The notes: generated from the sequence alone by a model not told the origin. Positions 36,991-47,283 are shown, numbered from the stretch's first letter. The stretch is DNA of 64,000 bases from Nitrosopumilus sp. (GCA_965207445.1 CBDBLX010000002.1:1463849-1527848); one strand, 5' to 3'. A program made the numbers and translations.

Positions 36991-38179
36991 TTATTGTTTC
37001 TGGCTTGTCTTTGCGATCTTGTCCAGCTTGCGTCGATACAGATCCTCGTTACGTGACTTGTACGGTTCCTACGTGATCAGGATGTGCCACATTATCGTGA
37101 CCGTCTTGTGTGACACGGTTATTATGCCAAGTGGATGTTTGCCTGCATGACGTCACTTGACTGACTCGTAGACAAGCTTCATCTTCGAGTCGTGCATCAC
37201 AGATATCTGCGCAGCATCGCGTATTGCCCAGTTGACTAGGTCGCAGGTGTTCTGCTTTTTGATGCGGCTCTTGTGCGATACGTCGCCTGATTCGCTTATC
37301 CTTGGGCAGAGACCCGTAATTGAGACCATTTTTTTGGATTCTTGAATCGCGCTACACCATCTATCTCAACTTGCAGCCATCAACAGTACGATAAATGCAC
37401 CAACATCGGGCATACTCATCAAAAGTATTGCATCCTTGTTCGGGTATGCTTTTTTTGTAAAATACCTGTCAGTATCTGCCAAGGACTATAAGATGCGGCA
37501 TATGTCTGACGTGCTTTTGTAGCACAAACGTCTCATGTGCAGTACCGAGCTTGATCCATTTTAACTGCTCAATTCCCTTGGCGCGAGTACATCTTTGTTG
37601 CATCGATGGTTAGTTCATACCCATCAAGAAGAGCATGAATGCGGTTTATCGCCTCTGTCCTTTTCTGGTCGCCTGAGATGGTTACCCACATATTACACAT
37701 GGCAGGCATGGATGCGGTTTATCTCCTCTGTTCTTTTCGGGGTCAGTCTGACATAATGTCGTATATGTTCTGATACTGCGTATGTATTCTTCTGGAACGT
37801 GGGTCTTGTGCATCATGCCAGCCAGGAGAAAGGTTGCCAGTTTGTACGCATCTTCCTTGTCGGTCTTTTTGGCGCTCTTTGTGATGTGCTAGTCTGTATG
37901 GATTTGTAAGAATAATTCGGATTCCCGTGTTATTGAATGCGTTGTGTGTGGAACGCCACATGTTAACAGTTGATTCGTAGACTGCTGCTGCAGCAGTTAA
38001 CATTTTTTGTACCGTACTTGCGTATCATGCCCTCTGCGATTTGTTTTGCATCATGTATTGTATTTGTATACTGTCCTTTTTTGAGGATGTTGCCATTATG
38101 TCCCAGTACACAATAGTCACACTTTTTTTTTGCTGATGTTGATTCCCATGTATGTGGTCGCTGTCACATATTTGTCCAT
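36991..38179 (-). pseudogene. IS110-family (DEDD recombinase) transposase, multiply frameshifted
   Basis: N-terminal YMGINISKKK..YCVL and AVYEST RuvC-like motifs; C-terminal GLCPRISESG serine motif and IMWHIL...EPY. Internal stops and frameshifts. Confidence 0.85.
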
Positions 38180-38199
38180 TTTTTTATCATATCCTTTTG

Positions 38200-38484
38200 G
38201 ACGTTTGATGTTGACAGAACGAAAGCTGCAATCACCCATCAGGGCGCAAAGCCCAGTCATATAGCAGTTCTGATTCCCCCGTGTTATCAGAGTTGGTAAC
38301 AGCAGCAGTAGTAGTAGTAGTAGTAGGTGGAAGGCGCAAAGCCCAGTCATATAGCAGTTCTGATTCGCCCATTTAACCCCAAGAGTGTACGAACTGATTA
38401 GAGTCCGTGTTCCATGAACGGCGAAGGATCGCTCCATCACCCTAGCTACGCCAGAGGGAGGAGAAATGGTGTGGTTATCATGTA
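38200..38484 (-). ncRNA. Candidate IS110 bridge/seek RNA in the 5' non-coding end
   Basis: GC-richer ~290-nt segment upstream of the transposase. It contains a stem / internal loop / hairpin (cagaac-tgc..gggc-tttgc-gccc..gca..gttctg, 38215-38272) and a second stem ttcgcc/ggcgaa (38364-38425). Confidence 0.55.
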
Positions 38485-38560
38485 TGCAACCCCTATGCCT
38501 GCTCCAGATGTTAGGCAACGAATCTGTGCCTAAATTTGAAAAAAAAAGTCAAAAGGTTAC
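38485..38560 (-). mobile_element. Degenerate GTAACC-MITE, remainder after IS110 insertion
   Basis: caacccctatgcctgctccagatgttaggc..tgtgcctaaattt...aaggttac aligns with the reverse complement of 12527-12607. Confidence 0.75.
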
Positions 38561-38609
38561 GCTATCATACACACAATACTTTAAAACGTCATACATATTA
38601 CAACATACA

Positions 38610-39035
38610 ATGAGTAAACAAAAATCAGTACCACGAAGCATAAAGATTCTTGTTGCAAAACTAGGTCTTGATGGACACGATAGAGGTGCACTTGTCTTGT
38701 GTAGAGCATTTAGAGATGCAGGGATGGAAGTCATATACTCTGGACTCTTTGCAACGCCACAAAGAATAGCACAGATTGCAGAAGATGAGGATGTGGATGC
38801 AGTTGCCATGAGTTTACTCAACGGAGCACATGGGACATTATTTCCAAGAGTTGTAAAAGAGATAAAGAAAAAAGGCATTAATGATGTACTAGTTGTAGGA
38901 GGGGGAGTAATCCCAGAGGCAGATCATGCAGATTTGCTAAAAGCAGGCATCAATCATGTGTTTGGTCCAGGTACCCCACTTCCAACCATCATAAGTCACA
39001 TAAATACAGGTGTGGGAAATCTTCGAAAGTTGTGA
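38610..39035 (+). CDS. Methylmalonyl-CoA mutase small (cobalamin-binding) subunit
   Basis: AKLGLDGHDRGA (DxHxxG), GMEVIYSGL, VGGGVIP. Start moved to the in-frame ATG at 38610. Confidence 0.92.
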   Translation: MSKQKSVPRSIKILVAKLGLDGHDRGALVLCRAFRDAGMEVIYSGLFATPQRIAQIAEDEDVDAVAMSLLNGAHGTLFPRVVKEIKKKGINDVLVVGGGVIPEADHADLLKAGINHVFGPGTPLPTIISHINTGVGNLRKL

Positions 39036-39327
39036 TTTACATCAATACGCAATAGTATTTTACAAACGTTTTTTCAAAAATACAACTCTGCACAATTTAG
39101 ACATACATTATGTTGTTTTTCTTACAATAACAAGCAGTACATATTTTTCTAACAATACAATTATTAAAATAGTAGAGTTTGACACGATGTAATTTTTGGA
39201 AAAAGTATATGAAACTACAATCATGAACTTTTTATAATTATTTTAAAAATACAGATTATACATAATATCCATTGTATGTAAAATTGATTCAATAAAACGT
39301 GTAAAGTAAGTTCTATTACTGATATGA

Positions 39328-39458
39328 TCATTCAAAAACAGATCCTAGTCAAATGTAGCGCATGTGTGATACTCGATATGCAGACAAGAGTATGGCCAAA
39401 TACAACTATATGATTTCATTATTGTATCCAAAGAGTTTGGTTCACACAATAAAACACA
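39328..39458. repeat. Diverged ~130-bp dispersed repeat, copy 2
   Basis: Aligns with 36699-36830. Confidence 0.8.
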
Positions 39459-39554
39459 TCTAGTTTAATTCTGTGTATGATGAATGCCAAAGATCAATGA
39501 TTATTTCATATCAAAATAATCATGCTATAAATAGCAACAATATCATATACCAAT

Positions 39555-39704
39555 ATGCCAGTTGTTGATCCCGTATGCGGAATAGAACTTGATGATGACT
39601 TGGCACTACCACACGATTACAAAGGTACAACATACTATTTTTGTTGTAATGGATGTCGTAGAATATTTATCAAAAAACCACGCAAATATAAAAATAACGT
39701 CTAG
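39555..39704 (+). CDS. YHS/TRASH metal-binding small protein (49 aa, absent from the ORF track)
   Basis: Manual translation MPVVDPVCGIELDDDLALPHDYKGTTYYFCCNGCRRIFIKKPRKYKNNV shows the DPVCG..YKG..YYFC..C signature. Confidence 0.9.
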   Translation: MPVVDPVCGIELDDDLALPHDYKGTTYYFCCNGCRRIFIKKPRKYKNNV

Positions 39705-41056
39705 ATAGGAAATGCAGCACACATTCTACAAAAGCGAACATTGTCGGGTATTTTGATTTTACAAAAAGGACATAATCGATGTGCTGTTTTTGTTTTATTA
39801 GTTTTTGTTGTATTGTGTATATCATCACCATCACCATCATCATCATTATAATTATTATTATTATTATTATCATATAAAACACCCTGTGTAGAATCAGATA
39901 CATCATTGCAAGCATCATTGCAAGCATCACTATAACTATCAATCCCCTCAAAATCAAACTTTGCAGGTATACCATAAAGATCTCTGAATATTTCATAATA
40001 GTAAAGAGACTCTCTATTTCTAATTACAACACCATCATTATCTTTAATCTTGAGTATTTTTTCAACATATGATTCTTCATCTATACGCATAATTGAATTA
40101 AACATGTCTGTAAGCCCAACTGTACCAGAGCCGTCTTGCATTGCATATTTAGGTCTCCATGCAATTTTGTTATCCAAGACATCCTCAAAAGATTTACGAA
40201 GAATCCATTTACCATATCGAATATTTGTATTGTGATCATTGTTGTGATCATTGTTGTGATCATCATCATTATCAATACCATCACCACCACCATTATCACC
40301 ACCATTACCACTAATATCATCAACACCAACAGAATCAATTTCCTCAGCACACCTATCACTAGCACGATCGTTGAAAAAGTTAATTTGATTATATTTTACT
40401 TTAAGTTCGGGTGCAATCTTTTTTGCAAGTTCTAGTACATCAGAATCCAAAAATGGAGATATCGGTTCGATACCAAATGACTTGCATATTACATGAGATG
40501 GGAAATGCATAGAATCACATACACGTTGAATCTCATCAGACAATTTGTCAAGCGGCGTTTGTATTAGAAATTTGTATCCTGCAAACAGTTCATCTGCACC
40601 ATCACCAGTTGCCATAGACGTATACCCATTTTCAGAGGCCCATTTTGCTGCCAAATATATCACCACGCTGTTTCGAATCTCAATCTCATTGAAATTTCGA
40701 AGTATCTTTATCGTCTCTTTTGTTCCATCAAGAATATCATCAATAGACACATTCAATATCACAGGTGAAATACCGAGATTATTTGATGCTATTTGAGAGT
40801 ATACAAGATCCGGTGAGACAAAGTCATTTGCCACGACCGTAATTGCACTTACTTGTTTGCTTTGTTGTTGTGTAGCATACCATGCAACAATACTAGAGTC
40901 AAGTCCTCCCGAAAAAGCTACCAAGTCAATCTGGTGCTTTGAGCACGCAATACTCAAAGTGTACTTGAGATCATCGATCACATGTGAAATAGCATCACTT
41001 GTTAAATTGTTTGTGATAGATTTAGATGAAAATGTAGGTGATGATATTTCTGGCAA
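39701..41056 (-). CDS. Asparagine synthase C-terminal-domain protein (PP-loop ATPase) with C-terminal CxxC..CxxC
   Basis: AFSGGLDSS, TGDGADELFAGY, SPFLD, KWILR, WRPK. No glutaminase domain. Confidence 0.88.
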   Translation of the reverse strand: MPEISSPTFSSKSITNNLTSDAISHVIDDLKYTLSIACSKHQIDLVAFSGGLDSSIVAWYATQQQSKQVSAITVVANDFVSPDLVYSQIASNNLGISPVILNVSIDDILDGTKETIKILRNFNEIEIRNSVVIYLAAKWASENGYTSMATGDGADELFAGYKFLIQTPLDKLSDEIQRVCDSMHFPSHVICKSFGIEPISPFLDSDVLELAKKIAPELKVKYNQINFFNDRASDRCAEEIDSVGVDDISGNGGDNGGGDGIDNDDDHNNDHNNDHNTNIRYGKWILRKSFEDVLDNKIAWRPKYAMQDGSGTVGLTDMFNSIMRIDEESYVEKILKIKDNDGVVIRNRESLYYYEIFRDLYGIPAKFDFEGIDSYSDACNDACNDVSDSTQGVLYDNNNNNNYNDDDGDGDDIHNTTKTNKTKTAHRLCPFCKIKIPDNVRFCRMCAAFPI

Positions 41057-41503
41057 TAATTTGTATGTGCAAGTCTACAAAATAAAGTAATTATTTGCAC
41101 ATTATAATATCACATAACAACTATTACAAACATAACTAATAAAAATAAACATATAAAATAATATTAGTTAAATATTTTATAAAATATATTGAGCGTTTTG
41201 ATGTAACACATCTAACCTAAATGTTCAAAAAAGAAATAAAAAATTACACATATTATATCAAATTGTATAAATGCATATCTTAACTGTCTATAAGCCAAGA
41301 TATTGTATTTAGATAAGTTTGATCATCCATACCACCTTCTGCCCAAAAACTTGCTACTCTAATCTAGTCTGGTATCTCTGCATATGCAATTCCTGTAGTT
41401 GACAGACGTGTAATTATCATAATACTTGTAAAAATTGTTATTGTTTGTTTATCCTTTATTACATAAGGGACAAATTTGATACTTTATGACTTTGATTTAC
41501 GTA

Positions 41504-42127
41504 TCATTTTTTACGCTTTTTGCCTTTCTTGCTCTTTTTACCGTTCACTGCTTTTAGTATACTATTGAGACATTCTTTTTGTGTTTGTAATGTTGTGCCT
41601 ACCGTATCCAGTCTACCATTCACATTTTCTAATGTTGTGCCTACCGTATCCAGTCTACCATTCACATCTTTTATTGCTGTGTCTACCGTATCCAGTCTAC
41701 CATTCACATTTTCTAATGTTGTGCCTACCGTATCCAGTCTACCATTCACATCTTTTATTGCTGTGTCTACCGTATCCAGTCTACCATTCACATCTTTTAT
41801 TGCTGTGTCTACCGTATCCAGTCTACCATTCACATCTTTTATTGCTGTGTCTACCGTATCCAGTCTACCATTCACATCTTTTATTGCTGTGTCTACCGTA
41901 TCCAGTCTACCATTCACATCTTTTATTGCTGTGTCTACCGTATCCAGTCTACCATTCACATTTTCTAATGTTGTATCTACCTTATCCAGTCTACCATTCA
42001 CATTTTCTAATGTTGTATCTACCTTATCCAGTCTACCATTCACATTTTCTAATGCATTTCTCATATAGTCTCTATCTTCTTTCCACTCACTATGCATAAC
42101 TGGTCTATCATCTTTTTCACGTACCAT
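41504..42127 (-). CDS. Coiled-coil protein of ~11 tandem 14-aa repeats with a basic C-terminal tail
   Basis: (E/K)(N/D)VNGRLDTVDT(A/T)(I/L) double-heptad repeats; tail KKSKKGKKRKK. Confidence 0.75.
   Translation of the reverse strand: MVREKDDRPVMHSEWKEDRDYMRNALENVNGRLDKVDTTLENVNGRLDKVDTTLENVNGRLDTVDTAIKDVNGRLDTVDTAIKDVNGRLDTVDTAIKDVNGRLDTVDTAIKDVNGRLDTVDTAIKDVNGRLDTVGTTLENVNGRLDTVDTAIKDVNGRLDTVGTTLENVNGRLDTVGTTLQTQKECLNSILKAVNGKKSKKGKKRKK
41586..42053. repeat. 42-bp coding tandem repeat (~11 copies)
   Basis: Unit tatccagtctaccattcacat.. repeated head to tail without unique spacers. Confidence 0.92.
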
Positions 42128-42166
42128 GTTTTATCTATATTATTTTGGTTATATAAGAGATTATAA

Positions 42167-42562
42167 TTATTGTGTCACTTCCAGTACGGGCTTTTCTGTA
42201 TCTGAAATTGCAGGTATTACATGATCTAGAACGGCATGTCTAACAAAGTTAGTCTTCTCGATTCCTTCCTTTTTTGCAAAATTATCGATCATGGTATATT
42301 CTGCATCTGTAACACGTATTGTAATTGAGCGTGTCTTTGGAATTGGTTTGTGGGTTACATTGTAATACATTTTTTCAACTCTATCAAGTCTGGATTTTGT
42401 CAACTCTTGTTCATACTTTATCTTTGTTAGTCAGTCTGTATCCTTGAGAGCATCTACTAGTACGTCTGTTAAAGTCATGTCTGCACGTTTGGCACGTGTT
42501 TTGAGATCGTCTATTACATCTGCATCAAGTCTGAAATTTACAACATCTTTTTTGTCATACAA
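42167..42562 (-). pseudogene. Tandem ribbon-helix-helix (CopG-like) protein interrupted by an in-frame TGA at 42431-42433
   Basis: VVNFRLDADVIDDLKTRAKRADMTLTDVLVDAL is in frame with SITIRVTDAEYTMIDNFAKKEGIEKTNFVRHAV; both have the RHH pattern. Confidence 0.6.
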
Positions 42563-42767
42563 TGTCTTACAAAACTTTGTTTATAACGTGTATTACACTG
42601 TCTTACATTTTTTGTCTTACAGTAGACCTTATACACAATCAATATATTATAAGAACAAATAAAAATCAAAGTAAATTTCAATAAAAAATCATATTTCTAT
42701 ATGATTTATTATAGATGGAAAATAATAATAAAAGCATGCCCGGGTAGAATGAATCTTTAATTACTGC

Positions 42768-43948
42768 TCAGAGATCAAACTTTAATTTTTTCTCTTTAGA
42801 ATCCCAAAGTATACGGTGGTTAACTAATCCGATATAATCTGCAAGTCACGGTCAAGACAATCATCAGATCTGATGTATATATTTCGCAGCACTGAAAAAT
42901 GTTTTAGTTTTCCTATTACATGCTCTACTTTGATTCGAATTTTACTGATGAATTTGTTGTATTTTCTCTCATCTTCTGCTAACTCTTCTTTTGATTGTTC
43001 TTTTTTCTTTCGAGGTTTTTTTATTGGCTGCATTAAAATTATTCAAGGATAAAAGTCATCAATACCCACATGTCCAAGATCCGACCAACTTTTGGGCTTG
43101 TCTTCATCTGCAGTCTGTGTTGATTTCATACGCTCAGATATAACACCCAAATCAGGATCATCTAAACGAAGCATAGCCATGTCATGTTTCTTGCCATTGT
43201 GGATATATCCTGCATAGATTATTAATCCATGTTTGTTTATAACGATCGTCGATTTTACAGTATGTCGTTTTTTCTTTCTTTCCAGAATAGTATTCTTTTT
43301 GTACGTCATTGTCGTGTGGACGTTTCATTGTAAACTCGGCGCTATCAATCATATGTTCATTATCAGGCATAAATTGATCAAGTGTGGTTGCATCTGCGTC
43401 TTTGATCTTTTGCTGTATAACATTGGCAGTAGGTAGTGCTTTGACAAGTATACAATCGATGTATTCGATTGCCCTTGAGATGGTACTTTGGTTTATGCCA
43501 AGCCACATCTCAAAGTCTACCTGTCTTGTGGCAGACTTTTTCGATAAAATTGACATGTGTATAGTCTGATTTCGTGACAGTTTGCATCTGTTGCCATGTC
43601 GAGGACTGCCATCTTTATAGTACAATGTCATCTTTACAAGATGACTTGGAAACTTTGAGACATACATCATTGAATCTTTCTTTTGACATTGAGATGGTAC
43701 ATCTTAATTAGACGCCCACCATTTATCATAGTCTCGATGTTGTGTTGAGCATGCATGAATTGTAAGTTCCCGCCACGTTTGAGAACATCAGAATTCCACA
43801 TAGATTCAAGTTCATTTATCGTTTTGGTGGCTTTTTCTATTGTCTTGTCTTTTTTCTGAATTGTGTCGTCTTTTACTTGTAACTGTATTTTTGTTTTTTA
43901 AAATTTTTTTCTTAAATCTCTTATAATTTGCTCTTGTTGTGCTGTCAA
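42768..43948 (-). pseudogene. IS5-family (DDE_Tnp_4-type) transposase, fragmented
   Basis: INQSTISR HTH, IDSAEF..KRP, YYSGKK/KRHTVK, HD, DLGHVG and RIKVEHVIGKLK are spread over three ORFs. Ends approximate. Confidence 0.85.
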
Positions 43949-44205
43949 GTGTGTGACCTAAATGCGACCATATATTAAATGTTTGGATAAATTTTTATAA
44001 ATGATTATAAATAATTTTAAAACTAACTGATCAAAAATATTTAATATAATCTTTTAAACATAAAAAATAATACGTACTGATAAAATATTGATTATGGATA
44101 AAGTCTACTGATATTAAATATGATCAAACAACGAAATAAATACGCATTGTTGATGCAATAGGATTAGTTTTTATCATTTTTATAAAGAGTCAAATTACGT
44201 CATAT

Positions 44206-45069
44206 GTGAAAGAACAGACGCGACTTTTTCCTCAACCAAAACCATTTGTGAAATGGGCAGGAGGCAAGCGTCAACTATTACCAGTGTTATGCGATAACAT
44301 GCCTAAAATGTTTAACAAGTACTATGAGCCATTTTTAGGTGGTGGTGCGCTTTTTTTTAATATTGTAGGCAAGGGTCAACACTCTTACCATATATCTGAT
44401 CTTAATTGCAATATTGTGTTGGCATATACGACAATTCGAGATCATGCAGAAGAACTGATAGATGCTTTGATTACTCATAGCAAAGAATACAATGTGGACT
44501 CAAAATCATATTATTACCATGTACGAGATGATTATGATGATACAAATGCAGATGCAATTGAGACTGTCTCGAGGTTGATATTTTTAAACAAGACCTGTTT
44601 TAATGGGTTGTATCGTGTGAATAGTAGTGGCAAGTTTAATGTTCCAATTGGCAGATATGTGAATCCGACCATTGCAGACGCTCAAAATATACGCGCAGTC
44701 AGTGATGTGTTAAATCAGCATGACGTGCACATCAAATGTCAAGACTTTGGCCATATTATCAAGTATGCACAAAAAGGTGACTTTATCTACTTTGATCCGC
44801 CGTATCTGCCTGTCAGCAAAACTGCTAGTTTTACAATGTATACTGGAGTTGACTTTGATATTGATGATCAAAAAAAAATGGCAGAGTTGTGTGCGGCGTT
44901 GGATGAAAAGGACTGCCATGTGTTGGTATCAAATTCTGACTCTGATGTAATATCCGATATGTTTACTACACGTAATTGGACAATTGAGCATGTGGATGCA
45001 GTTCGCTGTATAAATTCTAATTCACGTAAACGGCATGGCCACCGCGAGTTGTTAATTAAAAATTATTAG
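44206..45069 (+). CDS. dam: Dam-family (D12 class) N6-adenine DNA methyltransferase, orphan
   Basis: KWAGGKRQL, YYEPFLGGGA, LNKTCFNGLYRVN..GKFNVP, DPPY, ELLIKNY. Confidence 0.92.
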   Translation: MKEQTRLFPQPKPFVKWAGGKRQLLPVLCDNMPKMFNKYYEPFLGGGALFFNIVGKGQHSYHISDLNCNIVLAYTTIRDHAEELIDALITHSKEYNVDSKSYYYHVRDDYDDTNADAIETVSRLIFLNKTCFNGLYRVNSSGKFNVPIGRYVNPTIADAQNIRAVSDVLNQHDVHIKCQDFGHIIKYAQKGDFIYFDPPYLPVSKTASFTMYTGVDFDIDDQKKMAELCAALDEKDCHVLVSNSDSDVISDMFTTRNWTIEHVDAVRCINSNSRKRHGHRELLIKNY

Positions 45070-45522
45070 GCTTTAAATGGAATCTAAATATGAATTTTCT
45101 TGTAAACGCAGTTAATGTAAAGTTTATGATGTAAGTGTACATGTTAAAACCTTGAGTCCACTAGAATCTTGCCACATATTATGCTAAAAGATATACTTTA
45201 AGTTTTTTTAGATTTTCAAGAATCGGTTTTAAAATGTATATGAAGCTAGTATCACTTTACATCACGTGTGACACGTAATCCTAACCCGTGGTATTAGTTG
45301 AACACTTGTCAGTGACAGTTTGTCTGCATTTATTGATGCTGCCGGAAGTATATTTTAGAGAAATAAATGTAACCCATCATCACAGTACAGTTTAACCCTC
45401 ACGCCTGAGCCGGATTAGTCAATAAACTTGCATCTAAATTTGAGGGAGAGAATTAAACTTACTAGCAATGCGTACTAGCAATACTTTGCAAGCTATAAAT
45501 TCTTGTAATTAAAAATACATAC

Positions 45523-45936
45523 ATGTTACTACCGGCTGAAATAGAGTCAAAAACTCTAATACCAGCGCTACGCGCAATTATTGCAAAGAAACTTGCAGTT
45601 GATTACAATATACGCGAAGATGTCATATCAAAGATGCTCGGAGTCACACAAGCGGCTATTAGCAACTACATACGAGGTGCACGTGGTGACCCTGTTCTGA
45701 TCGGCAAACTACTCTCACAAGAAAAGGTATCAGATATGATAGATGAGTTGTGTTATAATTTATCATCTGATATGGCATACACACCATCGAGTCTCTCAAA
45801 ATTTATCGGATTGTGTAACTATATCAAATCAAGTCTTTTGATATGTGAGATTCATCACAATATTGAAACTAACATTGATGAAGAAATATGCAAAGAGTGC
45901 GAGAATATGTTGTTAAAGGGACCAGGCGGGTTTTAA
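45523..45936 (+). CDS. Archaeal HTH transcriptional regulator
   Basis: P.EI...IPALRA and ISKMLGVTQAAISNYIRGARG HTH, with C-terminal Cys/His residues. Confidence 0.85.
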   Translation: MLLPAEIESKTLIPALRAIIAKKLAVDYNIREDVISKMLGVTQAAISNYIRGARGDPVLIGKLLSQEKVSDMIDELCYNLSSDMAYTPSSLSKFIGLCNYIKSSLLICEIHHNIETNIDEEICKECENMLLKGPGGF

Positions 45937-45966
45937 CCACAACATCAATTACATTTATTTTTTCAG

Positions 45967-46329
45967 TCACTTTTTTTCCAATTGTATCTCTACTGTAGAT
46001 ATCATACGACCTATACCAGGTTCATCAGTAGTATCAAGCAGTATCTTTCGTACTCGAGATTCATTCTTCATTATCTCATAGGTGACCATATTTGCAACCG
46101 TAACTGCAATAGGTATATTTCTGCCTTTGGAGCGAAGCGTCACAGTACCAGTCTTTGATAGTGCAGAGATTGCATCCATTGCATAAGTATCAACACGATT
46201 ATGTTCAATATAGATTACAAAGGTATCCTGTACAGTAGTTGCGGCATTGTTCTCAACCATAATATCATCAGAATACGGTTCTTGTTCGTATATTTTATTC
46301 ATTTGTAATATTTCGAACACTATTAGCAA
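45967..46329 (-). CDS. Alba-family DNA/RNA-binding protein (true start probably downstream)
   Basis: VTLRSKGRNIPIAVTVA and GRMISTVEIQL fit the Alba pattern. Confidence 0.75.
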   Translation of the reverse strand: MLIVFEILQMNKIYEQEPYSDDIMVENNAATTVQDTFVIYIEHNRVDTYAMDAISALSKTGTVTLRSKGRNIPIAVTVANMVTYEIMKNESRVRKILLDTTDEPGIGRMISTVEIQLEKK

Positions 46330-46647
46330 TTGTATTAAGTTTTACCTGTTTTGATATAATTTTAGAAAATAATAAAATATACTAGTACCACAGAATGATT
46401 ATTATTTTTTCCTTTCAAAAACAAGAGATTCTGAGAGAGGCACTAATTTATTATACCAATTGCAAAAAAAAAAGATGATTTGCAGTGAGGTGTGTCCATC
46501 TCCAAAAGTCACATCTAATGATGGATAATTAATCACTAGAGGCAAATAGTCTTTGAGGGTTTTACAACAAATACTCAATAATCATCCACAACATGAACAA
46601 AGTGAAATACGGTCAATAAACCACTAAAAGAGAGAGAGGTGACTAGG

Positions 46648-47229
46648 TTATTTTTCAAAATAACTGATTGGTATATTTTGATAGTCACCGTTTGGGAGGA
46701 CACGGCGTATGGTAATTGGGATTGCACGTTGGTTGAGTTCCTCCATTGAGATATCAAGTGATATTCTAGCTGATTTTGGTATAGGTATGAAGGGAGGTGC
46801 GCCTTGCGATAATTGTAGTGCACGAGCGCCCATAATTCGTGCCTTTTCAAATCTTGTCAAAGTCGGTGGTCCTACTATATCTTTTTGACCCTCACAAGGC
46901 ATCTCAGTAGGTGTATGCTTGACAACATTTTCTACAACATCACGATTCTTTATAGCATCAAGTTGCGCCTCTAGCCGTTCCTTTTCCTCATCAGTGAGTT
47001 GTACATCACTACTTTTCTTTTCTACAAGTTTACGGTATGTATTGAGCGCCTTGTCAAGTCCAACATTTTCTTCATCTTCGCTAACAGTACGAGGGTTATC
47101 ATTATCAGGTGCAAATTCAGCGACAAATTCATCATCAAATGAATCAGATTTTACCTGATCACTATTATTTTCATTTTTAGTAGTGGGATTTTGAGAATTA
47201 TCTATCTCATTCTCTATAACATCTGACAA
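46648..47229 (-). CDS. rpoK: RNA polymerase subunit K / Rpo6
   Basis: LTRFEKARIMGARALQLSQGAPP..EL....IPITIRRVLP. Confidence 0.95.
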   Translation of the reverse strand: MSDVIENEIDNSQNPTTKNENNSDQVKSDSFDDEFVAEFAPDNDNPRTVSEDEENVGLDKALNTYRKLVEKKSSDVQLTDEEKERLEAQLDAIKNRDVVENVVKHTPTEMPCEGQKDIVGPPTLTRFEKARIMGARALQLSQGAPPFIPIPKSARISLDISMEELNQRAIPITIRRVLPNGDYQNIPISYFEK

Positions 47230-47283
47230 TTAAAAACAAGCCCATTAAAACGTTATATATTCTATGCAATAGACATATTTGAG

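Larger units (their letters stand above)
36857..38488 (-). mobile_element. IS110-family element inserted inside a MITE TIR
   Basis: The MITE start gtaaccgtgca (36846-36856) resumes as tgcaacccc... at 38485. tgca occurs at both junctions, and the transposase pseudogene lies between them. Confidence 0.75.

Noticed and set aside
12527..38560. Composite transposon formed by two MITEs carrying the giant adhesin
   Set aside because: The 12527 copy has its own TSD, indicating independent insertion, and the outer flanks do not match.
41586..42053. Possible CRISPR array
   Set aside because: The intervening segments are only two or three recurring variants, the period is a multiple of 3 within an ORF, and no cas genes are present.
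45240..45450. GC-richer intergenic segment as SRP RNA, RNase P RNA, C/D sRNA or IS200/605 end
   Set aside because: Diagnostic conserved motifs were not found by eye; an Infernal/Rfam search would be needed.
46648..47229. Long acidic N-terminal extension of RpoK
   Set aside because: Extended N-termini are known for thaumarchaeal RpoK and eukaryotic Rpb6, so this is not novel.
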